From assembly GCA_973895155.1 (NCBI GenBank), contig OZ316893.1, positions 21,684,955-21,748,954 of the forward strand: a stretch of DNA of 64,000 bases, read 5' to 3'. Positions within the stretch are counted from its first letter, which is position 1. Each line of letters starts with the position of its first letter. The notes below the pieces were generated by a model, which worked only from the letters and a program-made list of their open reading frames with translations, was not told the origin of the DNA and made no database searches. This stretch comes from Marsupella aquatica. Its lineage: Eukaryota > Plantae > Marchantiophyta. Positions 50,097 through 63,743 of this stretch are shown one piece after another. A program made the translations under genes and the position numbers.

Positions 50097-53000
50097 TTAG
50101 GGGAGGAACTGTGGCCATGTCCATTGCAAGCTATAGCTGGACTATTTGGAAGAGTCTAATAAGCTGAAACAACATAGTAGAATGGCAATTTTGTTTCAGG
50201 TTTTCAGAAGTAATACCAAGGAAACCAAAACCTGCACAACCATGGTCAAGCTTTTGGGGGCCAGGAAAAGCCACTTTACAGGAGAATAGTACTTGTGGAC
50301 TTGTTGGGAGTCCTTATCCAAAGAGTACCAGAAAGTAGCCTTGCATAAAGGCTCTGAGAATCACGAGTTGAGATAAATTATGAAGCTGCTGCTATATGCT
50401 ATATGGTGAATCCACCTTTCAGATTTTGTCTTATTCACATTAATATATTTTGCCTTATTCATATTTTGTGTCCAGTATTTTGATTTTAATGTCAGTGCCT
50501 TAACAAGGTGAATCATTTGTAGTAATTTGATTTTGAAATAACTTTTGGACCCTTTTGATTTTAGTGAACTTAGAATATTTTTGAAATATATTTGGCTCCC
50601 CTCATAAATGTTTAATAGTTCCTTTTCAATCACTCACTAGTGAATTCTAGTTTCTCTCAAGAGAGTGAGAGAAATGAATTTGAACAATGTATATATCTGG
50701 TGGTGTAGTAAGTTCCCCTCATGGTTTTCTCTACAAAATTCATGGTTTTAATTGAATTGATTGTCATTACTTAGAAGCAAGTGAAAATTTGTATTGTATG
50801 TGCACAACTTTTGAATGTCTTTGTACTTTCTTGGTCATAGTGAGATTTTATTTGCATGTGTACTTATGATTTTGTGTATTATGTTACTCACTCTTAATTA
50901 ACAGATATTAATTTCTTGGTTTATACTTTACATGTACCTATTTCTTTTATCATAAAATAAATTAAATGGATTACCTGTCACTACAAGACAAAAATAGAGA
51001 CACGTTCCAGGAGGCATGTTCCAGGATGAACATGCTATATTGAAGATTCAGGAATTCAGGGAATGTACACCAATGTTGGCCTTTGGAGATATGTGTGTGG
51101 AGGACCGTTAATGGCTGGTTTGCTGCTGACTAGATAGGGCACATAGGGCCATCCCCTTTCACAAAATAAATAAATAAATAATAGATTTTAGGTACAAATG
51201 TCTACAACCTTGTTAGCATCCTGGTGCACCCACAATTCAGTATATTCATTGATTTTTAAAATGAAAACAGAAGTATACTAGTCTGACATTGAGTTATTTC
51301 ATGAAATGTAAATAATTAAAGTTTCAAACAAGGCCTGCTCGATCTTGGTATTATTATCCAGCTTATTCAGCCAGGGGGTTGTTGCAATGAGGACGCGGCC
51401 AAGGCTCAATTCTTTCACGTGAACATTAACTTGGTGGAAATTGTAGGTCTTCATTTTCTAAAATGAGTTCCCCCCTCTCCATGTTTGGAAATGCCAGGTT
51501 TGATCCTTAGCAAGATTTAAATCTGATCCACCCAAAAAGCTGGCGCTCTAATTTTGCTCAGGAATATTCATAATAGGGCCCTCCCTTTAACACCTCAGAC
51601 AGATGGGATACGGAGTTTATTGGGAAGAGAGCAAAGGTTTGCTTTCCATGAAACCATATCCACAAAAGACTTTCTAGGATAAATGAAGCTAGAGATTTTT
51701 AATACGTGCCATGGTGGTGAGCACTACTTTTTCTTTCCTCCCAATGCAAATCCACCACCATAGAAAATAAAGTCAAGTTTTGAACAACTTAAATTATATA
51801 TTATTATTTTATTATATTTTTACTTGAAGAGAAAAGCATTTTTGGGGGGGAGAAGAGGGGAATTTTAGGGAGAATCTGAATTATTTTGAATTTCAAATTG
51901 ATGGTCTGATGGATGGCAGTGGGTAACCATGTATCTTGGATGAACCTAGCTGCTTTTGAGACCTAAAAGTGTGACCAATTATACAAAGGAAAGACACTAT
52001 TTATGTTCAAACCAATGTTTAAATATGGCCATATGGGTTCCAGAGGTCCATCTGAGTTCATTGTCAGCCGGTGTGGTCCATCCGGGCTTTGTTTTGTCAG
52101 TTTTACTAAACTACAATGATCAAGACATTAAAGACCTTCCTGCTTATGGTCCCCAGTTTATGTCTTTAAAACCCTCCAGTCTTTAATGTTTTAAGACATA
52201 AGCTGGGGACCTCCTGGATGTGAGAAACCCCCAGCTTATGAAATAAACTTCCAGGGTCCGGTCACCTGTGACCAGACCGGTTTCACCCAACCTGGGCCGG
52301 TGCTGGGTTACACTGGCCTGACCTAAGAAAAGAATTGTTTGTGAGTGCAGCAAGCCAGCAGCCATGTGTTCTCTCTCTTGTATTTGCCAGGATTTAGCAA
52401 GGCATCTTTGCACAAGTAGCTGAATGGCATAGGTCCTTGCAAACTACTGCATGGAACAAGCGAGCACCCATGTGGGACTTATCAATGACGCTTCTTATGT
52501 AGGCGCTACAATAATATATAAATGCATTTTGCAGACTTTACATATATTTGCAGTCTATATGTGCCTGGCCTCCAAGATGTGCCTGGCCTAGTGCTTCTGT
52601 TCATTTGAGCTGAGATTAAATCCAGACCCTACAATGAGTGGAGACCATCGTAGTTAGCTTTACAAGAACATTGGGGGCCATTCAAGTCTTGTGTTTACCA
52701 ATACTATATTGCAAGCTACACTAAGACCAAGTAGATGCTGATGTGGAGTGTTGATTTTGTCTAGAATTTTAGGACATGTCCAGATGTTGTCAAGACATAT
52801 GCTCCTTAGTTCAAGGGATTTGCATTTATTGAAAGTCATTTCAAAAGGGTTTTTGTCCGGATTAGTTTTGTTTATAACAGAATGACCTCTCAAGATCTAC
52901 TTTGGTGAAAAAAATTCACAAATGCCCTGGGTGGGTTGAAAAGCCACCCTGTGACCCGGCGATAACCCCGGTCACCAGGCCTCGGCCCGGGAAGTTCCTT

Positions 53001-53114
53001 TCCAAAGTTGGGGAGCCCACTGGGTTTCATCTTGTGGGGCTCATCAACTCTCCTTTGGGAATAATGACAATCCACTTTTGGCATAGTAGAAAGTAATGTA
53101 GAAAGACGTCGCAC

Positions 53115-53530
53115 GTACGGTGTATTGATCAGTACAGTATTAATGTATCCTGCTATTGTGGACCGTATCGTACCGTCCAGACGGTCCAGTCGAGCTCTTA
53201 CCTTCTGCAGCCGGTGACACTGTAGCGCCTCCTCCGTTTTACCGGGGTACCGGTCATTACCCGCTACCGTACAGCGCAGTCGGTACGCATGCGGCACGCA
53301 GGTGCTCCTCCGTGCGCACCCAAAAGAAAAGACATGGATGGGAGAAAAGACATCTTTCCGCTTCCGGCGAGGAAAGGAAAGGAAAGGTCGAGCGGCGATG
53401 GACTACAGTACTCCGACTGTACCAAATTTGTCCCGGAGGACGAACGGAGGAGGAGGGCGAGGGCGAGGACGAGGAGGTGCTGCTTGCTCTGGGTATATAG
53501 CCTGAATCTCAGCTGTAATTCTGGTAGTAC
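53115..53530. promoter_or_regulatory. GTAC (SBP/SPL core) cluster in the probable LBD promoter
   Basis: GTAC at 53115, 53132, 53170, 53247, 53269, 53283, 53408, 53419 and 53527. TATATA at ~53494. Confidence 0.4.
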
Positions 53531-55053
53531 TTGGGCCTGCTGATTGAGTGCCGCGGATCCCACAGATCGAGCACGGAGCGTTGATGTCTCGGCTTGAATG
53601 CACGGAAATGCCGTGCCAAGCCAAGCCGTGACAAACCCAGCTACTTCTGTTGTTGATGATTGATTGAGTTCGGGGGAAATCGGGCAACACGAAGCATGTC
53701 TGGTCTGAGGATGGAGTGAATGAATGATGATGAGGACTTGAGGAGGGAGGGAGGTAAAGCGAGAGCAAGGCTAGCAGCAGCTACTACTACGGTAGGACAC
53801 AGGATTGGATAGGTGCGGGATTGAGGGATAGATATATAGATAGATAGACTGACTGCTGCTGCTGGGCAACAGGCGCCGAGCGGAGCCATTAGACAGCGGA
53901 GGGTGTGAGACTGTGAGAGTGAGTCAAGGAGTCATCACATTGTTTGTGTCAGTACGAACAAACGAGTTATTCACCTCACATCAGTGCCTGGCCCATATTT
54001 TGCATCGTTCCGTTGGGCTTGTAAGTTGTTTACGTGCGGGGTTTCAATCGGGCCTCGGAGTTGCCGACGAGATCGTTTTTCGAGTGGTTTTTGTACTTGT
54101 GGTCTGGTATTCTTCTTCAATTTCGCGCCGTCTAGAGGCACTGCAGTTCAGCAAGGTCTTTCACCTGCTCCGTCCGAAGGATCAATCCATGAGCCTTCGC
54201 CGATCTCTGCTATCTCTCGTTGCTAGCTCCTTTCCTACAAGACGCGGGATAAACTGTACTACTTGTTCACTACGGTCACTGCTCGGGCACGCTGTCGTTC
54301 TATTTGTGTGGGTGTGTCTCTCTCTCGCATACTCCCGCCAGTGTGAAACTAGCTGTGACCAGAAAAAACTTGGCTGCGCATTCAGTTTTCCGCTGCGGTA
54401 GTGTCGACAATTTGTCGCTCGTGTTCTCTTAAAATCTATCCAATCCACCACGTAGCCGCGCGCCCAGCTCGCTTGAAGATAATCCCCTTTCCCTTTCCCT
54501 TTCCCTTTCCGCCCGCCCGCCGCCCTAGACATTTTGCTTCAGAACCGTGTTTTGAAATCTGCTGTCTAACATCATTCAGCCGTGTCTTCGGGGCCCTCGA
54601 CGCTGAAACCGTCAGATGCTAGGATTCATTGGTGCCACACCTTGATTTGTTGACCGGGAAACATCGTTGATTCATTGACTTGTGGCCGGTGGACTCCGTA
54701 TGCATTGTGGCGCGAAGCTATGACCGGGTAATCATCGTCGGCAGTATCATCAGCCGAGTGTTGGGATGTTGAAATCTTAGTGCATTGTTCGAGTGGAGGA
54801 CTTTCTCTCGCATGGTGGTGGTAGCGACTGATTCTGCGAAGTGTGGTGGTGGATGACCGGGTGAAGTGCTGCCGCTCCGGACTGGTTGAAGGAAACGGAG
54901 GAGGAGGAGGCCGTCAATTATGTTCTTTGCGGAGAAATTGTTGTTACGTTGACGGACTCATCGCAAGCAAGCAAGTGGCATTCCCAGAGGCACTGATAAG
55001 CGTGCTGTGCTGGTTTCGGTTGTGCTTCAAAGATCGGTGCACCACCCTAGAGA

Positions 55054-56067
55054 ATGCCTGGATCGGGAATGACGACACCATGTGCAGCCTGTAAATTGTT
55101 GAGGAGGAGGTGTGCCGCTGGGGATTGTATATTTGCCCCGTACTTTCCTCCACACGAGCCTCAGAAGTTTGCCAATGTGCACAAAATTTACGGTGCAAGC
55201 AATGTCAGCAAGATGCTCCAGGTAAGGCAGGCAGGCATTCATGGCCGCATGTTTAGTCGCTCGCCGGTTGTGCAAGACTCGTTTGTCCCCCATACTAATC
55301 ATTGCAACTTAATGTCTCATTTTGCGTCGATGAACATCTGATTTAGAGGATGATTGCCACAAAACGAACAACGAGGGAAACGTTTCTCGCTTCCGACTGC
55401 CAATAATTCATGGGATGAAACGCTAATAATAACTTTTGTGAGAACTTTCGCTCGACCTTCGGAATGATTCTAGTTTCCGAAAGGGCTAACTCCGAGCTGC
55501 ATGTAGTTCATTCGTCACTTGGCAGGCTTCTCGTTATTGCTTCCATGCAGGGACCAAGTGTACGCAATAGTCCCCGCAATAGTCTGGGTTGAACGAGATC
55601 ATGATTCAGCAGCTACAGTACTGGACTTGTCTTCGTGCAAGTCCGAGTCCCGTCTGACTTCTCGTACAGTGAGACTGACGAATCTGAGTTGATGCCAATG
55701 TTGGAGTTCTTTTCGCTTTTGTCTGGCCAAGCAGATTGACCTGACATGTTCATGTCTTAATGTTCGCTTGCAGGGTCTCCCGGTGCACCAAAGAGCCGAT
55801 GCTGTGAACTCACTCGTGTACCAGGCCGACTCGAGGGTCCGAGATCCAGTCTATGGGTGTGTGGGAGCAATTTCGGCCCTTCAGCAGCAATTGGCGCAAC
55901 TTCAGACCGAACTCGCAGTTGCAAATGCGGAGATGGTATGTATGAGCATGCAGCACGCAGCCACACCGGTGGATGTGCATGGAAGTGGGAGCTACGGGCA
56001 CCATTCTCAATATCAGCAATCGTCCCCGGGGGTGGACTCGATGGAACTCAACTCCCCTTGGAACTAA
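55054..56067 (+). CDS. LBD: Class I LOB-domain (LBD/ASL) transcription factor, LBD12/LBD4-like, 153 aa, 2 exons
   Basis: Exon 1 55054-55221 (MPGSGMTTPCAACKLLRRRCAAGDCIFAPYFPP...VHKIYGASNVSKMLQ), GT-AG intron, exon 2 55774-56067 (GLPVHQRADAVNSLVYQADSRVRDPVYGCVGAISALQQQLAQLQTELA...PWN*). C block, GAS block and leucine zipper are all present. In-frame TAG two codons before the ATG. Confidence 0.96.
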
Positions 56068-59000
56068 CTAAATCGCGTGATCGACATTTGTTTGGTCGAT
56101 CCGGCCCCCTCCATTTGTGTCTCCTACTATCTTATAGGAAGACAGTACTGAAGATTGGCTTTTCTATAGCTGTTGGAATACAAAATAGAAACATAGGTTG
56201 GAGGGTTTTTGTGAAGATAGAGACTGTAATCATCATTGCGACCCGGTATGCTATGCAAGAGAACCTGGGCTTAACCCTCCATCTTGTCTAGCCATCCAGA
56301 GATCGTTCCTTATTGTTGAACCTGGAGTGAAAGTGGGTCGCTCAATTAGCGATCCGAGCATGGATAGGCTGAGAATAATTGTTGTGTATATAGGGTGGAA
56401 CATCAAATTCGTTCCCATGGACACATTATCAAAATTGTGAGTCCGAAAGGAAAAATGTATGAATATGGTCCTCATTGTATCTTATGAAATTTTCTCTTGA
56501 TCGAGGCTTTTATCCTATCGTCATGTGCACACATTTCGTCGGAGTCAGCATGGAGATAACATTCCGTGCTAAGCGCTCACTGCCCCCATTTTTTTATGGT
56601 GGATGCGGTTGCTTTCCTTGTGTATCAGCAGCTTTTGGTACATCGCATATATGACGCAACGGTAGTCTTGTTCTTATCGTTGTTGGTTGGCTTAAGCCCA
56701 CCAGTAACCAGCTTGTGAAACGACTCTTCTTCGTTGCATTTGGCCCTGCATTTCCAAAATGAAATCGAATATCTCTATCACGAAGAAAGGGGCGGTAAGA
56801 TGTGGAAGGTGTGCTGCATTGTTCATTCTGATACTCAGTCGCCTCTAAGTAGCATGCAATATGTTGTCCACGGAGAACTGAGAGCCCTGGTGAGCTGATA
56901 CAGTACCTGGAATTACACCTTACAGCACCACGGTTCTCCGTGTGAGTAGTGAGAGGGCTATCCAGAAATGATTGGACTCGTTGAATGCTTGAAAAGATAC
57001 TTGAAAAGATAGTTTGGACCAATCGCAGCTCGCCGCTGATGGAGGTTTCAGAATGCTCTCCCTCTTCTTGGCCGCACGAATTCATCCTGCAACGCCAGCT
57101 TGCTTTGCAATTAGAAGGGGTGGATTGTAGGGGCACGGAAACGCAGTGACTCCTTTCGCTGGACGTTATGTTTCTGGTTGGAATATATACAGTGGTCATA
57201 CAACTGCCAACTTGCGATGCTAAAGGGGTAAGATTCGTGGTGACTTTTTTTCGACGGACGTCATGTTTGTGGTTGGAACTTGGAATAATGATACACATAG
57301 CCAACAGCTGGCTGGATGTGAGCTGCAGGATCACCGGGCCCAGTCGTTCAACAGAACTTTGCTCATCCGACTCGGGGATAGGAAGTTACGTACTGTGCCG
57401 AGTTTTTAATCCCGAGTATATAGGGGGCAACGAGAAATTAGGGACCTGCATTGTTCCTCTATCACTATCATTCCATACATGAGACATGTTCCCGAATCGC
57501 CCGCTGAAACAAATCCCGCTTCAGTAAGTTCCGTTCTGCGGCCCAGTCGCTCCACATTCCTTCATTTTTTAACTTAAGCCGCCGCACTGATCTATCATTA
57601 TCCAAAAAGATCGAGGAGATCTTCAGTTGGCGGAAAGGCTTTGATCGATCAACTATCCAACAACCGGTGCCTTGCACGCTGCAGGCAGGTAGGCAAACTA
57701 TTCTCATTGGGGCAACCTTCTGTGTGTCTGTAGGGCTTTCGTTTGCTTTGCTTTGCTTTGGACCTGACAGATGATGACATGGAGTACTACGATCTAATGT
57801 ACGGTGCCATGGTAGCTGGCCGGCTTCCCTGCTGCCTCGTGAACTGACAGACAGTGCCTCATTCATTGATGGAGTGAGTGATCGCGTAACTGCGTAAGGG
57901 AGCGATCGAGTCAGGGAGGAAAATAATGGCAAGGAAGGAACCTTTGCGGCCGTTTGTTTGCAACCACAATGAAATGGACCCAATTCGAAGCCACATTGAT
58001 TGGGCCGGGCTGAAAGACTAGAGAATCGGTCAACTCCAGCCGTCGTCATTGCGCGCTTTTGCATTCGTCATTGCCAGAGAGGAAAGATCCGCGCTACTTT
58101 CGTTGGCTTTGCTGCTCGCCACCGTTGCAAAGTTTTACCGTCCTTCCACATTACGTCTCTGATGAGTGTGTTCGAGCCCCGGTTCGAGCATTTGTATCGT
58201 GGTCAGTGAGGGCTGTGGAATGGGCCACGGATTTCATGAGATGCATTGCGGCGTCGAGCAGTAAGTTGGTGCACATTCTCTGTGGTAGGTTGTGGATCTG
58301 GGCACATTGCAGGATAGTTAATTCTCGGCCAGACAATTCTGGGCTGTCACCGCTCACGTGGTTTGATTGAAAGCAGCTCCGTGATTGAAATCCCTTTACA
58401 ATATTGCACTCTCAATCATCAGTTCGTAACTTCATGTGTGACTCGCTGACCATGAATCAATCAATTCTTGAGAGGAAGAGCCAGACAGTTCCTGTCAGAT
58501 AACGCCCACGAAAAGTGAGAGATTGGATCAACTGTCAAAGCCTCAAGACATGCAATTTGTGCTCGTGTCTCTCATCAGCTTAGCCTACGTAAACATTGTC
58601 ACAACGATGATAACTTGCTTGATGAAAGCTACCTTAGTGACGGGACACCATACCACGCAACTAGGAGAATTTGGCACAAATGCACACATTTTGTGAGTGG
58701 ATGTGGTTTTCCTGAAAATGTACAATCTACTTACAATTTGAAGGCTATTGTGCAACATGTCCATTTTTGCATTTTAGTGCCGACAATTGTAAACACACAT
58801 CTGGTCTCGTGATTTTACTCTATAGGGTTTAGGGTTTAGAAACATTTATCCTCTGTAAGCTTGTAGGGTGTGTAGTTGTGTAGTTGTCTCTTCGTTCCCA
58901 CATTGGTTGCCTCATGTTTTTTGGTCAAATCTCATACCATAAGCAGTTGACAATTACCAGGATTACACATTTTTATCCCCTGAAGAAAATATACACAAAA

Positions 59001-59740
59001 GTGACTAAAGTTTTCACCCAGCCAATTGCATCACTTGAATAGACGCCACCCTAACCTGCCATTCATGGCTTGAAAACTTTCACAACATCAATAGCACAAA
59101 AAGGACACAATTTGGGTGGTTGTGCAATGTCATCCAGCACTTTGGTTTACCCCAATCACACTTCAGTAGACTGTACCTTTGAAATTTGAAATTTGACACA
59201 CTTTCAATCAATTAAGGGTTCCTCTTAAATCACACCTGGATTAAAACCAAGTGTTGGATGAGAAGCCACAACTAATTCTTAGTTGTCAAGAAAACCACAG
59301 TTTATTCAATATACAACTATTTTGTCCTTTGCTTGCAATACTTGTTAAGAGTTCAGATTGTTTTAATACCTTTGAATGAGCCACCATGTTGGACTCCTCA
59401 TCTGTCCAGATGGCCATCTGTGATTATAAATAATTAACCTGATAAATGTTACGGTTTTCATTTGACCAATCTGTAGGTTTTGACTTGAATACGGCATGCG
59501 AACCTAGTCCCTTAGTCACCTGGCCACCTCTCCATAATTCATAGCTGACCCTTAACCCATTAATAGTCAATTAGCATCCAATTATATAAGGGGGCAAGTG
59601 TCCAAGACTTCCCCCTTTCTAGTCACCGCTTCCTCTACAATGCCAGGTTTCTCTATGATTTCAGAAAAATACTATTAATGGCGAAACCTGGCCTGGTGGA
59701 TCCAGGGTCTTCAGGATAAAAAAATATATCACAAAATAAT

Positions 59741-59885
59741 GGTGAAAGGTGAAACCTATGGATCCAATTCTGATGGAGAATACCATAAAATAACCAGTGA
59801 AAGGTGAAACCCATGGATCCAGATCTGATAGAAAGTTACTATTAAATGGTGAAAGGTGAAACTGGGTGGATCCAGTCTGATGAAA
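59741..59885. repeat. Degenerate ~55-bp tandem repeat, 3 copies
   Basis: GTGAAAGGTGAAAC...GGATCCA...TCTGAT near 59742, 59797 and 59849. Confidence 0.75.
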
Positions 59886-62800
59886 AAGGGGATTGATAGA
59901 TCCAGGTAGGATGAAAAATTACTGTTAAAAGTATACAATGGAACCAGGTATGATGATGGAGCGTCTCTCCAGTCACAGACTATATAAAAGTAGATTGAAT
60001 ATCCAGCAGTAGGAATTATCTAGAGTGATATATGACCAACGGCTTTGGGCTATATTCCCTACACTAGTAGACTACCTGGGTACTTGCACTGAGGAACAAA
60101 TGGAACCTCATCTCAGTCAGAATGTTTAAACCATGACAAGCTAGACAACAACGCAACCCTTAAACCTTCCCAACTCGGAACCCTGGCCACGAGGACAGTA
60201 CTCCCCATGACTGGCACAAGGACTGGCCTTTGCGCAGTAGAGTGTTTAAACAAATGTGCAGCCCAAGGTCTGACTCCATTTACATAGCATGAAAGCAACC
60301 CAAAGAAACTCAGTGCCCGCCTTGGCTCCTACAATGATGGGCCTCCTACAAAAGTTTGGGGAGCCCTTGGCTTATTTGATATTACACTATCCTCACACAA
60401 TGTTTGTTTGGATAGGAGGAACTCAAGCTCATTGTTATGAAGCCAGTTGAGAAATAAGGAGAACTATATTGCGGAGACTCAATATGGACGATGGGTCTAG
60501 AGTGCAATAAAGCTCTCATGTGTTCCCGTGGACGTAATCTTAACTGAGGTGAAACACATATCTTTCTGTGATAACTACTTGTGCATTGGATGATCATGGG
60601 TTTACTGTTGTGAATGTCATCTTGCTTAGCAACAAAATGTTCACCTCCCTCTACCATCCATGCATAGGAAGTGCTACATATTCCATAGGGTATTGCATGA
60701 TAGTGCCATGGAATAATGACAGGAGTTTAATTGCAAGTATTAAATAGTAAATAATTGCGACAATAGTTGCACAGTGCATTCAATGAGAGAAAGAGGAGAC
60801 CAAAACGAGGACCAAACAATAGTGAAGGGAGGGGGTGGGGTTAAAGGCTTATAAGCCCATTTTTAAGGCTTATAATTTCATTTTTTTAAATCATAAAAAA
60901 ATTGCGCCATGACATCTTTTACTCAACAACATCTTTTATGCAATGAAAAGTTTTAATAAGATATCATGGCACAATGATTTTGTTTATTAAGACTTTGTGA
61001 ATGATAGTTGAGAAAATATCTTTAATTCGCGCCATGATATTTTTCTCAACTACATCTTTAATTAGCACAAGTTGTCTCTTGCACATTGACGTCTTTAGTT
61101 GCATAACATCTTTTAGTAAACTATATCTTTTGTGCAATGACATATTTTACTTAATGTCATCTTTAATGCAACACATGGGGATTGAACTTACAATCATAAT
61201 GATTCTCCTACTGAATTCTCGAGGGTTTCACTTCCACAAAATTGACACATCATATGTGACAAAGGATAAGGTCATTTTATTGGTTCTAAAAGATGACTTA
61301 AGGACTTTTTGGAAAGAACATTATGGTCTTTTAAATATAATTAGGAGACTTACAAGAACATTAGGGTCTTTTTAGAATATTCTTGGTCTTTTGAAAATAT
61401 TCCAACTTTCTAAGGGTTAAAACATAAAAAATTATTACATTTTAGGGGGTCTGAGGCCTGAAAAATTTGCAAGTGATGTGGGGGCCTCCATATAGTGAGT
61501 CCGATAGTGAGAAACCCCAAGACAAAATTACTTAAGGAAAGCCGGCCCACTGGCTCATTAACCATGGTCTGTTAACTTGAGGCACCAATGCTCTTCAAAT
61601 ATTCTGAACTTTGTGAATATGGAAACTGCCACTAAGTGCTTAAAACGAGCATCTATGTGTCAACAATGTTGATTACCTTGCGGCAAATGTTTTTGATTCC
61701 CTGGAATCTGTGGATGAGAGTTGAACATCCCATCCCATGTCTCGTGGCACAGATCAATGCTCCCTCAAATTCCTAAAAATTGTTAATTAACTGGGTTCCA
61801 TAACCAAGTTACATAATCCTGAATCTGTAACTCGGGCCCACGGAGGAGTTCTGAGATGCCCTAATAGGTTCAGATATTAGAAGCTGCTTCAGAGTTTAGA
61901 ATAACCAATTGGGGGAGGGGTTAGTAGGCTGTATTTTGTGTCTAGAATGTGAGAACAAGCTGACAGGCAGCCTGGAAGAGTTTGCAAGCATTCTGGTAGC
62001 AGGGTAATAAATAGACTAGAACCACACCCAGACATAAATTTTCATGCAGCCAGAAGTTTTTTTGAACATTCCAGTATATATCAGTTTTCATGCTTCATTT
62101 TGATGGGGATATAAATTTCCAGGGCACAAGATTTAACTCAAAAAAGCGCAATCCAAAGTTACTGTCTTGAGTGCACATTCTAGGCCATGACTCTAATTGA
62201 GGGATTGCAAAACAGGAATGGGGGCAAAATGAACTGGAAATAGGATGGAATCCATTTGTGCAAGGTTTTGTTTTTCTCCTCGTTCAAGGAAGGGGTAATT
62301 AGGTTAATTATGAGAAGGTTTTGTGTTTCTCCTCGTCTCTACTAAGGTTCAAGGAAGGGGTAGTACTTAGGTTAATTAGGAGATGAGCAGCATAGAGTAG
62401 AAATACTGAGCAACATGGAGAAATGATTGGGTTGCTTGGAATTGCAGCAGCACGTGATCGTGTGTGATCCGATGCATTGGGTTTTGATGTCCCACGACCC
62501 CGGTGCTGTCGGTTGTTAATTAAAATTACGTTACCACAAAGTTGTCAGTGATGCAACTGGGTCAGACATTGGAAACGTCATCAGTGATGGAAAATGTAGC
62601 AGCACTTGATCTTCTGTGGTACGATCCATTGGCCTTTTTGTGTCCCAGGACACTAGTGCATGTGTGCAAATCGGTGAAGCTCTCCGATGTTAGAATTTAC
62701 TACAAAGGTGTTAGTCATAAATGTAATTGGTCAAGGTCGATTGGTAGGACATCTTGCCTCAAGCATGGATGCCCAGACTGTACGTCGTCTGGCCACCACG

Positions 62801-63743
62801 AGATTCAACCACTCAGGCTATTAAGACTGACATTTTGAGCTCACCTTAAGCAATTTGTCTCGGCTGTACTGTACACTCAACTATACATTGCTCCCACGGT
62901 CCACGATTTAAACTAATCGAATTTGGTCGAGTCAGAATGAATGTCGGCTGACCAAAGAAACATTTCGGTCGAAGTGTCTGGGCGTGACAAGAGTGGGTAG
63001 CGTTAAAATCAGGAGGTTTGTCCAATTGGAATGTACGATATTCAATTGACTCTTCCGCGGTTAGAACTTAGACAATCGCGTGCATCCGAGACGACTATCC
63101 AAGCACTTTACCGTCCTACATGATGCTTGAAAGATAGCTATAGCAATCCTACTGAACTGTTGCAGTAATCTGTATGAAAATTTTCACCGTCGTTTGTATA
63201 CATCTAATTTCCAAACCACGTTTCTTACACAGTGAACAAGGTGAACATCTCGCATAACACAGATGGCTGTTTACAGTGGCGCAAGAACTCATCAACGACA
63301 ATTCATAGTTACTTGACACTGTCAACGTCTCATTTCTCGAATATGGGGTAAACAAGAAGGGAATAACCCTTTTGTCAAGCTGTGTCACAACCTTCTCGCA
63401 TGTATAATAGAGGCAAGAAACCTGCTTTTCTTAAATTCTGTTAGGAGGAAACGTTTTCATCAGGAGCTGCTATATCACAAGCTCCAGAGAGGTGAGTCTG
63501 AGCAATACCTGCCGCATGAATGGTGAGGACCTTAATTAGACTTATACAGGTCCAACGTTATCTTTGGCCGGACCATCAAAATGAGCGATGAAGAAGTTTG
63601 TAGGATTGTGAAGATTTCAGAATCCTCTGGACATGGTTATTATTATGCGCACCATGGGCTGCCTAGACACAATAAAAAATACTACATACAAAATGCTCAC
63701 GCATCCATCCTGGGAACATCCCCGAGGACCATATGGAAAGCCT

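Noticed and set aside
50979-50990. CACTACAAGA, a CACTA-type terminus
   Set aside because: No matching TCTTGTAGTG end or 3-bp TSD found.
52252-52630. Possible hAT-like MITE (CAGGGTCCGG...CCAGACCCTA)
   Set aside because: Two mismatches in 10 bp, and the flanking 8-mers do not form a TSD.
57997-58017. Resemblance to miR171 (TGATTGGGCCGGGC)
   Set aside because: Several mismatches, a divergent 3' half, and no complementary star arm nearby.
56594-58064. 246-aa and 198-aa minus-strand ORFs downstream of LBD
   Set aside because: No recognisable domain and no canonical ATG start; Ser/Arg/Cys-rich composition typical of chance ORFs in GC-richer DNA.
58823-58839. TAGGGTTTAGGGTTTAG telomere-like motif (also near 37101 and 48337)
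   Set aside because: Only about two units each and not in a promoter position; too short for an interstitial telomere array.
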